DNA from: a virus
Taxonomy: Duplodnaviria > Caudoviricetes
DNA length: 59,799 nt
Direction: 5' to 3' (one strand)
Virus record (IMG/VR): IMGVR_UViG_3300025687_000048
Location: 1 to 59,799 of that record
Shown piece after piece: positions 26,971 to 37,089 of this stretch. The first letter of the stretch is position 1. The number at the start of each line of letters is the position of its first letter. The notes below the pieces were generated by a model that was not told the DNA's origin, searched no databases, and saw only the letters and a list, made by a program, of their open reading frames with translations. Made by a program: the position numbers and the translations under genes.

Positions 26971-29900
26971 TTACCTCAACCTGTTGAAGACGTCTTTTTC
27001 CACTTCACCGATGATGTTCCCGTTCTTGCGGAACACCCACGTCCCTCCGTTGTCCAGCTGCTCCACGATCCCCATTGCGATCTCTGCGCCGATGTTGGAC
27101 GGGAGGCCCGCCTCGGCGAAGGTCGTGGGCTGGATCTCCACGTCACCCTTCGGCACCACAGCGACGTTGGCGCCCGTGACGGAGTGTCGGTAGACCCACT
27201 CGCCGCCGTTATCGAGACGGACCAGTTCTCCGCTGGCAACGCGGGTCTCGTAGTCCTCTGGCGTTCCACCGGTCTCCACGGGGGGAGGCGGCTCTTCCGC
27301 GACAGGCGGTGGGGGCGGCGCTTCCTCGGCAGGAGGCGGGTCATCGTCCTCGGGTGGAGGTTCTTCTTCGGCAGGCGGCGGCGGCGGGTCGACCGTCTCG
27401 ACCACCGAATCCTCCCCGGTCAACCCCGCCATCGTCTCCGCGTAGCCAGGGGGCGGCGGCTCGACGCCGATCTCTTCCCAGAACGAGTCGTTCACATTGA
27501 GAGATTGCAGAACCTTGGCCCGGTCTTCGATGGTCTCCTCACCGAGCAGGTTCCGCTCGAAGGCGCGGAGGAGTTCGTCGTCACTGCCGAACTTCTGGTC
27601 CAGTTCGGCAGCAGATCCGATGCGGATGGCTCCCTTGTCATGGGTGTCGATGTTGCCGCGGATGTCTTGCAGTCGATCGTTGCCTTCGATGACAGCGTAG
27701 AGTTGTCCGTCGATCTCCTCGAGTCTGGTGATCTCTCCATGTCCGTTGCGCACGACGGTTGCCCAGTCGTTCCAGCTATAGTCGGAGCGCCCGGCCCGCC
27801 CAACATTTCCGCTGTCGTTGACGTTTCGGACATCCCCCGAACTCTTGTCGTATCTCTCGACCGTGCCCAGTTCCTGGAAGAGGCCATCCATCGTCGCAAA
27901 GCCCATCTGCTCGTAGACACTGTCGATCCGAGACCGTTCGGCCCGGGTCATCTGGTCTGGTGTCTTGGAGAGGATCGGGGCGATCTCCTCCCACTCGTCG
28001 ACCATCTCCTCGCTGCTCTTGGCGCCGATGGCCTCTCCGAAGGCTCGCACGTCGTTGAGGACGTCCTCGAATCCAACTCCGTCCCCGCGGGCTGATCCCG
28101 GCATCCGCTCCCAGATGTCCATGACCATCCGCTCCTCCTGAATGGTCATCTCGCCCGGGGCCTTGGTGAACGTGGCGCCGTCGAGGAGCGTGCGGAACGT
28201 CCCCCAGTTGCGCTTCGTGTTGTACTCCTCTTGCCGGAGGAACCGGTCCCGAAGACTGGCGAAGTGCACCCCCCAGTGGGCGTTGGTCCTCTCCATGTCG
28301 GTGCCGTGCTCGCCGCCGCGATCGGTGGCGAAGTTGGCGACGTATCCCGAGAAATCTCCCTCCGACCACGCCTGATCCTCGTTGTCGCCGGTAGGCGTGG
28401 AGGAGAACTCGGCGTGCATCGCCTCCATGAGCTTCGCCTGCCCCTCCTTCGAGAGGCTGTTGTAGAGCGTGTCGATCTGTCCGGTGGCGGATTCCTGGTC
28501 GACAGCCGCGGCGCCGACACCCATCGGCTGATTGACCAGTGCTTTCACGCCGCGGTAGGTGCCGTAGGTCACCAGAGCCGTGATGCCCAGCTTCGCCGGG
28601 GTGAAGGCGACCTCTCCCTGGGGCAGACCCCAGTCCATGTTGGACCGGAGGGCAGACGCGGCATCGGAGTTCTCGCTGATGTTGAACGCCGGCAGCAGCT
28701 TCTTGACCTGTTCGTGGGTGAGGGTGATTCCCCGTGCTTGGGCGATGGAGACGACATCCTCGGCGGTCAGTTTCCCCCCTTCCCCGCTGCCGTGGTTCGT
28801 CAGGAACGCGCTGGTGAGGTCGTTGAAGAGAGACTCCCCGTCCTCGTCGGGCATGAGGAAGTCGGTGAGCAGATCGCCGCCGATGGTGAGGCCACTGGTC
28901 AGTAGAGCAGCTTGGAACTGGACCGCCGACTCGGCATCGAACAGTTCCTTGCGTCCCTCCAGACGCAGCCGCTCCAGAGCCATCTGAAGCGGCTCTCCGA
29001 AGGTGTCAGCGACACCCTCCCAGTCTGCGGAGGCCGCGGCCTCCGCTTCCTCGGGGGACATTCCCTCGACGTTCTCGTAGTGCCACTTCCGCTCCGTCAT
29101 ATAGGTCTGCTGGAGGTACCCCTTGTCCTGAACGGACATGGAGCGGATGTAGCGTGCCGCTTCGACAGCGTCTTCGTGTGCCCACCCCTCGCGCTCGAAC
29201 TCCTGCTGGAGCTCCAGCAGCGACTCGCTGTGCTCTTGGTCTCCGGCGACCCATTCCGTTCTCGGGCCGCTCGGCGTCATCACCGTGCGGAATCCGCCCC
29301 ACGTCTGCATCTGGTCGGCCTCGATGCGTGCCTGCTGCATGGCGGCATCGTGCGACCATCCCTGCCTGACCAGAGCGTCTCGCTTGTTCTGCATCCGCTC
29401 CTCGAAGGTCTGCGTGCCGGCGACGTAGCGTCGGACGTATGACCCGGAGCCAGGGGGGAACTCGACGACCTCTTCGTAGCCGGTGCGGGTCTTCTCCTCC
29501 AGCCGCCATGTAGCTTCGTCCCGGTCGATCCCCAGCTGGTTCTGCAAGGTGAGGATGTGGGACTCCCAGTCCTGCGTGCCCATGACGAAGTTCCACTCGC
29601 CCGTCTTCTGGTCTCTCGACCAGTAGCCTTCGCGGAGCTTGTCCTGGTAGTTCTCGTTGGCGATCCGCTCGGCGGTGTCGTGCTCAAAGCCGTTCTGCTG
29701 GAGCGTCTCCTGTAGATCGAGCTTGGCCTGCTCGAGACCCGCGGTTCCCGGCACCCAGTCGACGACAGGTGCTCCGTTCTCGTCACGGATGGCGACCGGC
29801 TTCCCTCGGAGAAGGGCTGTGAGATCCTCCATTGTGGGATCTCGACCGATCGCCGCCTTGAGGCGGTCGCCTGCCTCGGCGCCCTCACCATCGGCCCACT

Positions 29901-31311
29901 GGAAGAAGGCGTCGATGTCGATGTTGCCTTCGGCGTCGACGAAGTTCTCGTAGGGGACGTCCAGACCCAGATCATCGAAGGAGACAGAGCGCAGCTGGTG
30001 GTATCCTTCGTATCGCCGCTGCTCCCACTCGAAGAGTGCCGTGCGGTGGGCCTCGTCGAGGTTCATGCCCTTCTCTTGCAGGTCGAGTTCTCGACCCTGA
30101 ATCCGCGCCTGGAACTCCTGCGTGCCCTCGACGTGCATCATCACCGGGTTGCCATCGGCGTCGAGCATGGCTTGCCCTGTGTTCGGATCGGTCATCACGC
30201 GATCATAGCCGACGCGCTGGCGTTCCATCCACTCGCGCTCGTCCTCGATCTTCTCCTGCGCCCCCATGACATACCGCTTCTCCCCGCTCTCGGGGTCGGT
30301 ATACCAGAAACCCGCCTCCATCATCTGGTCGAACTGCTGCTTGTCGTTCTGGAGCACCCACGGAAGTTCGTTGGTCCCGTAGATGTGGTTGCCGTCCTCG
30401 TCGTCGAAGCCGAATACGGCCTTGTCGCGGTGCTGCTGCTCCCACAACTGCATCTTCGCTGCGAGGGTCGGCGTGCCGTCGTTGAGTTCTCCGCTCAGTC
30501 CCGCCTCGTCCAGCTGGAGTCGCCACTTGTCCAGCGTGTCGACCGACAGGCCGGTGTCGGGGTCGATGAAGGTTCCGGTAGCGGAGGCACGCGCCAGGGC
30601 ATCGGTGATTCCCTGCGACGTCTTGTCGAGGTCGAACTGCGACCCCCCGAGCGTGCGCACCGTCGTCCCGTCGAGGGTGAGATCGCCCGTGCGGTCAGCC
30701 ACACCAAACGCCTTCTCGATCGCCAGCTTCTGTGCTTCCAGCGTCATCTTGTCGTCGAGGCGACCGGTGAGTTCCGCCTCCTTGATGCGCTGATCCAAGT
30801 CGAGCAGCTTCTGGTCGAGGGTCTTCTGGTCTCCGAACTGCCCGGTGATCTCCGACTGGCGGGCCGCTTCGTCGAACTCCTGCCCGCGGAGCTTCGAGTA
30901 GTTGTCGACGGCCTGCTGTCCGACGTCCTGACTGAGCTTGATGTTCTCGCGCTCGGACTCGTCCTGAAGACGCAGCTGCTCCAGCGTCAGTGGGACAGTG
31001 ACGTTGTCCGCGATCTGCGATTCCGTGTCCGCGAAGTCCTGCTCCAGACGTGCCCCGAGCCGGCCCGAGTCGAACTGTCCCCTGGCTCGCAACTGGTCGC
31101 GCAGCTGCTTCTGTCGCTGCTCCGCGGCGTCGAGATAGGGCTTCGTGTAGTGATCCTTGATCTCGTCGAAGCGACCATCCGAGTAGACAGAGCCTTGATA
31201 GAGCCTCTGGAGCGCCGTGTTCTGGGCCGCGGACAGGTTGGGGGCGACGGAGGCGAGCTTCTTCTTGTGCTTCTCCAGATCGTAGTTCCACCCCGTGTTG
31301 CTGGTAGCCAT
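26971..31311 (-). CDS. Putative internal virion/ejection protein (1446 aa) with internal repeats
   Basis: xxTG...TL and V.GTQ.F repeats; follows the nozzle gene as in podoviruses. Confidence 0.65.
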   Translation of the reverse strand: MATSNTGWNYDLEKHKKKLASVAPNLSAAQNTALQRLYQGSVYSDGRFDEIKDHYTKPYLDAAEQRQKQLRDQLRARGQFDSGRLGARLEQDFADTESQIADNVTVPLTLEQLRLQDESERENIKLSQDVGQQAVDNYSKLRGQEFDEAARQSEITGQFGDQKTLDQKLLDLDQRIKEAELTGRLDDKMTLEAQKLAIEKAFGVADRTGDLTLDGTTVRTLGGSQFDLDKTSQGITDALARASATGTFIDPDTGLSVDTLDKWRLQLDEAGLSGELNDGTPTLAAKMQLWEQQHRDKAVFGFDDEDGNHIYGTNELPWVLQNDKQQFDQMMEAGFWYTDPESGEKRYVMGAQEKIEDEREWMERQRVGYDRVMTDPNTGQAMLDADGNPVMMHVEGTQEFQARIQGRELDLQEKGMNLDEAHRTALFEWEQRRYEGYHQLRSVSFDDLGLDVPYENFVDAEGNIDIDAFFQWADGEGAEAGDRLKAAIGRDPTMEDLTALLRGKPVAIRDENGAPVVDWVPGTAGLEQAKLDLQETLQQNGFEHDTAERIANENYQDKLREGYWSRDQKTGEWNFVMGTQDWESHILTLQNQLGIDRDEATWRLEEKTRTGYEEVVEFPPGSGSYVRRYVAGTQTFEERMQNKRDALVRQGWSHDAAMQQARIEADQMQTWGGFRTVMTPSGPRTEWVAGDQEHSESLLELQQEFEREGWAHEDAVEAARYIRSMSVQDKGYLQQTYMTERKWHYENVEGMSPEEAEAAASADWEGVADTFGEPLQMALERLRLEGRKELFDAESAVQFQAALLTSGLTIGGDLLTDFLMPDEDGESLFNDLTSAFLTNHGSGEGGKLTAEDVVSIAQARGITLTHEQVKKLLPAFNISENSDAASALRSNMDWGLPQGEVAFTPAKLGITALVTYGTYRGVKALVNQPMGVGAAAVDQESATGQIDTLYNSLSKEGQAKLMEAMHAEFSSTPTGDNEDQAWSEGDFSGYVANFATDRGGEHGTDMERTNAHWGVHFASLRDRFLRQEEYNTKRNWGTFRTLLDGATFTKAPGEMTIQEERMVMDIWERMPGSARGDGVGFEDVLNDVRAFGEAIGAKSSEEMVDEWEEIAPILSKTPDQMTRAERSRIDSVYEQMGFATMDGLFQELGTVERYDKSSGDVRNVNDSGNVGRAGRSDYSWNDWATVVRNGHGEITRLEEIDGQLYAVIEGNDRLQDIRGNIDTHDKGAIRIGSAAELDQKFGSDDELLRAFERNLLGEETIEDRAKVLQSLNVNDSFWEEIGVEPPPPGYAETMAGLTGEDSVVETVDPPPPPAEEEPPPEDDDPPPAEEAPPPPPVAEEPPPPVETGGTPEDYETRVASGELVRLDNGGEWVYRHSVTGANVAVVPKGDVEIQPTTFAEAGLPSNIGAEIAMGIVEQLDNGGTWVFRKNGNIIGEVEKDVFNRLR

Positions 31312-31312
31312 C

Positions 31313-32947
31313 TCAGGTATTCCCTCGGAATCGCATCGACCTGTCTTTCGACAGCCAGATCGAAGAGTTCACGACGTGCGGTCGATCTTCGTTGTTCTCA
31401 ATCAGTGAGCACTGGAAGTACCGGCTCTTCGCGTTGATGTTCCATTCGTTCCCGTCGCCATCGGTCCCTCGGGCAATCCGCAGACCTCCGGGGCTCTCCG
31501 CAGCCAGCACGGACTGGTCGAAGAAGAACGAGACCGACAGGGCGCTCCCAGCCACGCCCATTGCGATGTCAGCCTGTGAGAGGGTGGGATCTTCTTCGAG
31601 TCCGATGATCTGGACATCGAAGTATTTGCCGTTGTAGGCGAGGATGTCCCACCAGATTTCGCGCAGACGGCTCAACCCCTCGTAGCCCAGGTTCAGCAGG
31701 CCGGTCTTCAGTTCCGACTGAACCGCCGCGCCGTCTGTCCCGCCGTCGAGGTAGCCTGCCGAGTTGTTGTTGTCCCCCCATGCCTCTGCGAGCATGGAGT
31801 CGTATCCGCCAAGGATCGTCGTGTGGTCGTTGTTGGCGTCTCGGTAGGTGATTCCGCGGGAGAACTTGATCGCCCCGGAGGGCGAGTCGAAGATGCTGAA
31901 GGCTCCAAGCTCCGTCTGGAGCACGATGTACTTGTTGTGCTGCGTCTCGCCGGCTGTGGTGACGTGGAAGATGATCTCGTTCCAGGGCTCTCCCCGCTCG
32001 AAGGCGGTGATGTGCTGGATGCGCTCCTTGTTCAGCTGCCCCCAGAAGTCCTCAATCGGGGCGGAGATGTATTCCGCCTTCTGCTGCGGATTCGAGATCA
32101 TGTAGATTCCGTCGTCGTAGACGAAGTAGGTGCGTCCCTTGCTGTGGACGACGCCCTCCTTGGCCGCAAGACCGACCGTCTCATCCGTGGGGAAGAACGC
32201 GAAGCTCTCTCCAGCTTCCGGGATGAAGCGCATGTGGTGGATGCTGTGCCGGTGGAAGACGAGCAGGGCCTGCTCTCCGTGGAGTGACAGGGCCATCCCG
32301 TGCGACCGCCTCGAGCAGTGCTGGATGTTGCGAGCATCCCAGTTGTCGAGGACGCCGTTGTTCGGCCCCCATTCGAGCGCCGTGGGACCGTTGTCTTGAT
32401 CGCCGCCGCTGGTGTTCAGGCAGACGACGTAGTCGTAGAAGACGGCGATGTCCTGAGCGGTCGACGGGGCATCCACCACGTTCTGCATCCACGGGACGAA
32501 GGTGTCCGTGCCTGGGACGCACTTGGCGATCGGGTTTGTGCCGTCCGTCGCCAGCAGGTAGAGATTGCTCCCTTGGTTGTATTGTTCGAAGCGAATCCCA
32601 TTCTCGGCGCCACTGGCGAAGGTGGCGGCACCCGTCAGATCCGTTGGTGTGGTCCCGTCGATGTACTTGATCGACCCACCCGCGGCGGCGATGAGGTATC
32701 TCGCCGTTTGCGAGTCCCACTCGAACAGACCGTTGATCGGATTGCTGCCGTTGATCGCGGAGGAGATGTGTTCCTTCCACCCCTCGCGCTTCTGAAGGCG
32801 CCCTCGCCCCACCAGATGGTAGTTCCGGCACCGGGCAAGGAAGCCGGACTGGAACTTCTCGTCGGTGAGACCCTCCGTAGAGTCCTCCCCCCGGAAGCCG
32901 TATCCCCGGCGCGGGAACCTGAACGGTCTCCGGCGAGGGCCGGCCAT
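31313..32947 (-). CDS. Tail nozzle / tubular protein B (P22 gp10-like beta-propeller)
   Basis: 544 aa, beta-rich; GRLQKREG near N-terminus and KSRYFQ near C-terminus; follows the adaptor. Confidence 0.7.
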   Translation of the reverse strand: MAGPRRRPFRFPRRGYGFRGEDSTEGLTDEKFQSGFLARCRNYHLVGRGRLQKREGWKEHISSAINGSNPINGLFEWDSQTARYLIAAAGGSIKYIDGTTPTDLTGAATFASGAENGIRFEQYNQGSNLYLLATDGTNPIAKCVPGTDTFVPWMQNVVDAPSTAQDIAVFYDYVVCLNTSGGDQDNGPTALEWGPNNGVLDNWDARNIQHCSRRSHGMALSLHGEQALLVFHRHSIHHMRFIPEAGESFAFFPTDETVGLAAKEGVVHSKGRTYFVYDDGIYMISNPQQKAEYISAPIEDFWGQLNKERIQHITAFERGEPWNEIIFHVTTAGETQHNKYIVLQTELGAFSIFDSPSGAIKFSRGITYRDANNDHTTILGGYDSMLAEAWGDNNNSAGYLDGGTDGAAVQSELKTGLLNLGYEGLSRLREIWWDILAYNGKYFDVQIIGLEEDPTLSQADIAMGVAGSALSVSFFFDQSVLAAESPGGLRIARGTDGDGNEWNINAKSRYFQCSLIENNEDRPHVVNSSIWLSKDRSMRFRGNT

Positions 32948-33699
32948 CAGTAGTCTCCCTGCGTGTACTCGCTGTAGCCGCGAGAGGACAGTTGGTCGTA
33001 GTCCTCGATGGCCCACGTCGGGCGGAAGGCGGCGTGCGCCTCACCGAGGTCCAGTTGCGTGTCCATCTCCGGGAGCCAGACCTGACGCCAGTGCGCCAGT
33101 TTCATCTGCTCGCGGTCGTCCTCTTCCTGGTAGGCCCCGTAGGCGAGAGACGCCTCGACGGCGTGCGGGCGGAACATATCCGGCAACAGGAGGACGTTGT
33201 CGTCGTCTGACGTATCCTCGCTGACCGTGCAGTAGAAGTAGATGCTCGGGTAGTCGTCGATGAACTCCTGAGACGGCTTCCGGGCCACCCACAGCTGCCG
33301 TCCTACGCGGCAGATGAACTTGGGCCTGCCATTGGCTGTAGCGGCGTCCTTCCACTGCGGCCCGAGGTTGGTGTCGATGGAGCGGGCGCCGAAGGGCGCC
33401 CACTCCAGCTTCTGGTTGTCGCTTCCGTATCTCATCCCCCGCGTGTCGATCCGGTCGATGGCCGTGCCGTCACGTCCCCCGCTCGTCTGAATCGGGTTGC
33501 TCGCCGTCGCCGCCATGTTGTAGGCATAGACCCCCGCGGACAGGCTCAGGGTGCAGTAGTCCCGCAGCCACGGCCATGCTCCGTGAGCCGCGATGATGGA
33601 CAGACCACCCCGTGCCCACCGTCGAGCGGTCGCCTCCTCGTCCGAGGAGTGCAGCCCGCCGAGCGCCTCGACGTCGTCGATGAGATCCTGAAAGGTCAC
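32947..33699 (-). CDS. Head-tail adaptor / tubular protein A (250 aa)
   Basis: GTG start MTFQDLIDDV; WPWLR...LSAGVYAY and GRPKF patterns; gene position. Confidence 0.65.
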   Translation of the reverse strand: MTFQDLIDDVEALGGLHSSDEEATARRWARGGLSIIAAHGAWPWLRDYCTLSLSAGVYAYNMAATASNPIQTSGGRDGTAIDRIDTRGMRYGSDNQKLEWAPFGARSIDTNLGPQWKDAATANGRPKFICRVGRQLWVARKPSQEFIDDYPSIYFYCTVSEDTSDDDNVLLLPDMFRPHAVEASLAYGAYQEEDDREQMKLAHWRQVWLPEMDTQLDLGEAHAAFRPTWAIEDYDQLSSRGYSEYTQGDY

Positions 33700-33700
33700 C

Positions 33701-34195
33701 CTACTCGCCAGCCTGTCCGTTGGTGCTGGCGACGTGGTTCTCGACGTCCTGCTTCGAGATCGTGCCGTCCTCGCCGGATGGCGTGACATCGGCCAGGGAC
33801 ACCCCGAGTTCCTCCGCCAGCTTCCGGGCGTGGTGCGATGCCTTGACCTCGTCCTCCGTTGCCGGGGGTTCCTCCGAGGTCTGCTTGGCCGCGTCCTCCG
33901 GCTTGATGAGACCGAAGCCGACGAGCGTCTCGACGACCGTCGACTGGACGACCCCCTTGAGAACCTCCAGCTGCTGCCGGTTGAGGATGTCGTATCGGAT
34001 CTGGAACAGGGTCTGCTGACGGTTGTACTGCTCGCAGATGGCCTCCGCGATGCGCAGAGGCACAAACTCCAGCCTCGCTCCGCCGAAGTCTTCCCGCGGC
34101 GGGAAGGAGAGACGCGGAACACCCGGCTTGGAGATGTTGGGGTTGTGACCGTCAGGACCGAGATACTCGAGCGGTGCTTCTCCGCTGAAGTTCAT
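33701..34195 (-). CDS. Protein with C-terminal E3-binding (PSBD) domain
   Basis: VKASHHARKLAEELGVSLADVTPSGEDGTISKQDV. Confidence 0.8.
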   Translation of the reverse strand: MNFSGEAPLEYLGPDGHNPNISKPGVPRLSFPPREDFGGARLEFVPLRIAEAICEQYNRQQTLFQIRYDILNRQQLEVLKGVVQSTVVETLVGFGLIKPEDAAKQTSEEPPATEDEVKASHHARKLAEELGVSLADVTPSGEDGTISKQDVENHVASTNGQAGE

Positions 34196-34225
34196 GGCGT
34201 CCTTGTGAGGCTCAGGTGGTAGGAA

Positions 34226-34256
34226 TGGGCCGGGAGAGACGTGCCCTCCCGGCCCA
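34226..34256 (-). terminator. GC-rich hairpin after the capsid/decoration genes
   Basis: tgggccgggag...ctcccggccca inverted repeat; weak U tract. Confidence 0.5.
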
Positions 34257-34261
34257 CGGGT

Positions 34262-34825
34262 TCATCGAGGCAGCGGGTTGTAGCTCCAGCCCGCGATCAC
34301 GGTGGAGATTACCGTGTCCGCGGCGCCGCCCGCCGTCTCGATCTTCAGCCGTCCGAAGCGTGCAGACCCGATTCGGGCCATGTCATACGCTCCGACGTCG
34401 GAGGTATCCGCGAACGGATGGAACACCGTCTTGTAGCCGGTGAAATCCGCCGAGGACGCCGTCGAGAACACCGGTTCGACCGACACCCAGTTCAGCTTGT
34501 CGATCGACACCTGGAGAGAACAGATGACCGACTGAGTTCCGCCTGCCGTGCCCTGGCGCTGGTCCACATCCCAGTAGAACGAGAGGGTGCGCAGGTTGGC
34601 GAGCGTGATCTCGGTGGTCGTCGTGTCCTTCCCGGCAGTACCGATGATCGTGTCGAGCTCGGTCCCGACAGTGGTCAGACCGTCGCCGTTCGACCAGTTG
34701 AGCGTGTCGGCGTAGGTCCGCGTGCCAGAATCGAGGTCGGTGCTTCGCAGCTTGGCGTCGGCGTCCGTCACCGCCCCGAGGGCGACGATGAACGCCAGAG
34801 CCAGACCGCAGAGGATGCGCTTCAT
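34262..34825 (-). CDS. Signal-peptide protein right after the major capsid gene (decoration-like, 187 aa)
   Basis: GAGGAGG RBS; MKRILCGLALAFIVALGAVTDADA|K; LQVSIDKLNW beta-sandwich-like motif. Confidence 0.75.
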   Translation of the reverse strand: MKRILCGLALAFIVALGAVTDADAKLRSTDLDSGTRTYADTLNWSNGDGLTTVGTELDTIIGTAGKDTTTTEITLANLRTLSFYWDVDQRQGTAGGTQSVICSLQVSIDKLNWVSVEPVFSTASSADFTGYKTVFHPFADTSDVGAYDMARIGSARFGRLKIETAGGAADTVISTVIAGWSYNPLPR

Positions 34826-34845
34826 CTCTCTCCTCCTCGCCCCCA

Positions 34846-35946
34846 TTAGGAGGCGAACTCGTCGCGCTCGGCAAAGACGACCCACTCCGCCGACGACTGG
34901 TTGAGGGTGGTGGAGTCGTCCGAGGCGTCCCAGTCGCACCGGGAGGCACCCCAGACCTGACGAATCGCCCGACCCCAGCGATCGCCGTAGGCGTTCTCCG
35001 AGCGGGGCACGATCCGGGGTTCGCTGCCGAAGACGGCGGCGATGGCGTCGGCGCCGAGCACCATGAGGCGCTCCTTGTCGGCGTCACCCGTCAGCGTGCG
35101 GGTCCGCATGTACTCGTGGACGTACATGTTGTGGTAGTGGCCCACCGCGCCGGAGATCAGCGGGTTGTCGCTACCGCGGTCGTTCGAGCCCTGGTGCTGC
35201 TTGAAGTCCGGGTCGGCGTCCAGGTTGTTGCAGCTGTAGACCGAGCCGAGGAGCGCGTAGCACTGCTTCGCGCCCATCTTGATCGGGTTCAGCTTCTTCT
35301 CCAGACAGAAGGCCCGGATGCGGCGGATCTCGTTGTGGTTCAGGACGTCGGTGTTGCCGATCGACCCGTTGTCCAGCGCACCGTTCGCCCGGTAGAGGTT
35401 CGGATGCGCCGTCGAACTGACCGCCGCCACCGACTGCTGGGCGAAGTACGGCGCCGACTCCAGCAGCGTGTCGATCATCGCCTCTTCGATGTTCTCGACG
35501 AGCCACTCGCGCAGCCCCTGCTCGGAGTCGCCCTCGAGGTCGATCGAGGACCGGTGGTTGTACAGATCCGGCGTGTCGTGGCCGACCGCGTTCTTCAGCA
35601 GCGCGAGCCAGACCGCCATGTCGTCGTACGTCATCCGCTGCTCGTTGCCGAGCAGCGAAGCGTTGCCGTACGTGTTGCTGTCGGTGCGGGGGGTGTTGGT
35701 GAGCTGCTTCCGCATCCGCATACGCACCTGCTCACCCGGCGCCTTCCCGAGCTCGTCTTTGACGATGATCGGGACACCCGGACGCCTGCGGTGAGACTGC
35801 TCACCGCCCTCGTCCTTGGCCTGGAGCCCGTGCTCATTGAACCACGTCAGGTCTTGGACCTCGACGTGCTCAGTGCGGGACCAGGCAATTTCTGCCAGGG
35901 GATCGGACGCGCCAATCGGATAGGGAAGGCTATCGAACTCAGCCAT
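34846..35946 (-). CDS. Major capsid protein (N4-gp56/DUF4043-like)
   Basis: ELGKAPGEQVRM...LLGNEQRM...NPLISGAVG...LGADA pattern; follows the scaffold. Confidence 0.85.
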   Translation of the reverse strand: MAEFDSLPYPIGASDPLAEIAWSRTEHVEVQDLTWFNEHGLQAKDEGGEQSHRRRPGVPIIVKDELGKAPGEQVRMRMRKQLTNTPRTDSNTYGNASLLGNEQRMTYDDMAVWLALLKNAVGHDTPDLYNHRSSIDLEGDSEQGLREWLVENIEEAMIDTLLESAPYFAQQSVAAVSSTAHPNLYRANGALDNGSIGNTDVLNHNEIRRIRAFCLEKKLNPIKMGAKQCYALLGSVYSCNNLDADPDFKQHQGSNDRGSDNPLISGAVGHYHNMYVHEYMRTRTLTGDADKERLMVLGADAIAAVFGSEPRIVPRSENAYGDRWGRAIRQVWGASRCDWDASDDSTTLNQSSAEWVVFAERDEFAS

Positions 35947-35990
35947 CGGTTTCCTCTCAGCCTGTTATCAGCGATCCCCGCACCACGCGC

Positions 35991-36917
35991 CTACCGTCTC
36001 CCGGAGTGCGTGTCGCGGGAACCGCGTCTCTCTGTGGTGATACGCCGGAGTTCGTCGGGGGTGAACCGCGCAGCGGCCTCCGCCTCGGTGATGACCCCGG
36101 CTTCGAGTTCGCGGTTGGTGTTTTCGTACCTCTGGTAGAACGCCTCGTCACCCGTGCGTGCCTGACGCCTCGACCTCCCCGTGGAGCGGGAGGCTTCTTC
36201 GCCTCGCAGTCGAGCCTGCAAGCCGTCGTTCCGGGACTTGGCCGAGTTGACCGTCTGGATCTTGTCGAACATCTCCGACCGGAACGCATCGACGACGGAC
36301 TTCTTGTCGTAGATCCAGTTGCCGGCGCGATCCATCTTCCCGTAGTCCTGGCCGATCTTCTGCTTCGAGATGCGGATGACGCGCTCCTTCTCGTCCTTGG
36401 AGAGTTCGATACCGAACTGCTCCTCGAGATCCGAGATGGTGGTGTCGCGCATCAGATCGTTCCGCTTCTCGACCTGATCGGTGCGCTCTCGCGCTGTGAG
36501 TCGGCCTTCCAGCGACCGCTCCAGCTGCTTCAGCTGGGCCTGCTGGTCCTGCCGCAGCGAGTCGAACGCCTCTCTCAGGTCGCCGGCCAGCTTCTTCGCT
36601 GCCTGCTCGTCGCCCACGATGTCCAAGTTCTCCAACTGCGAGAGCTTGTCGTCGAGGGCCTTGCTCCTCTCGGGCGGAGGAGGGGTCTCCTCCCGTGCCG
36701 GAGTCCGGGACTCCGCGATGCGAGCGAGACGGTCGATCTGCTCGTCTCGCGCACGCTCGGCCTCGGCCTTCGCCCGCCCGATCTCGGCCTTCTGGTCGTT
36801 GATCTCCTTCCACGCCGCTTCGCGGTCTTCCGGGGACCAGTCTTCCGGTGGAGCTTCTGCGACTGCACCACCCTCCTCATCGGGGGCGTAGGTGATGTAG
36901 CGATCTTCTTTCTTCAC
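35991..36917 (-). CDS. Capsid scaffolding protein
   Basis: Charged and helical; directly upstream of the capsid gene. Confidence 0.7.
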   Translation of the reverse strand: MKKEDRYITYAPDEEGGAVAEAPPEDWSPEDREAAWKEINDQKAEIGRAKAEAERARDEQIDRLARIAESRTPAREETPPPPERSKALDDKLSQLENLDIVGDEQAAKKLAGDLREAFDSLRQDQQAQLKQLERSLEGRLTARERTDQVEKRNDLMRDTTISDLEEQFGIELSKDEKERVIRISKQKIGQDYGKMDRAGNWIYDKKSVVDAFRSEMFDKIQTVNSAKSRNDGLQARLRGEEASRSTGRSRRQARTGDEAFYQRYENTNRELEAGVITEAEAAARFTPDELRRITTERRGSRDTHSGRR

Positions 36918-37089
36918 TCTGAGCCTTCCATCCGAGCCGTCTACCGCGGTTCGGGGTCGCCCGCAGGCGAGCCTCCGCGGTTCCGTTCACTGTTCAGGTC
37001 TGGCAGGGGCGTTTCCCCTCCAAACTGCTCCCTGGCTTGCCGGGCCTCGATCATGTGTGTGGCGTGTCTCTCCATCATGGTTGCGGTTT

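Noticed and set aside
26971-31311. Tape measure protein
   Set aside because: No tail tube or chaperone genes; context is podoviral ejection proteins.
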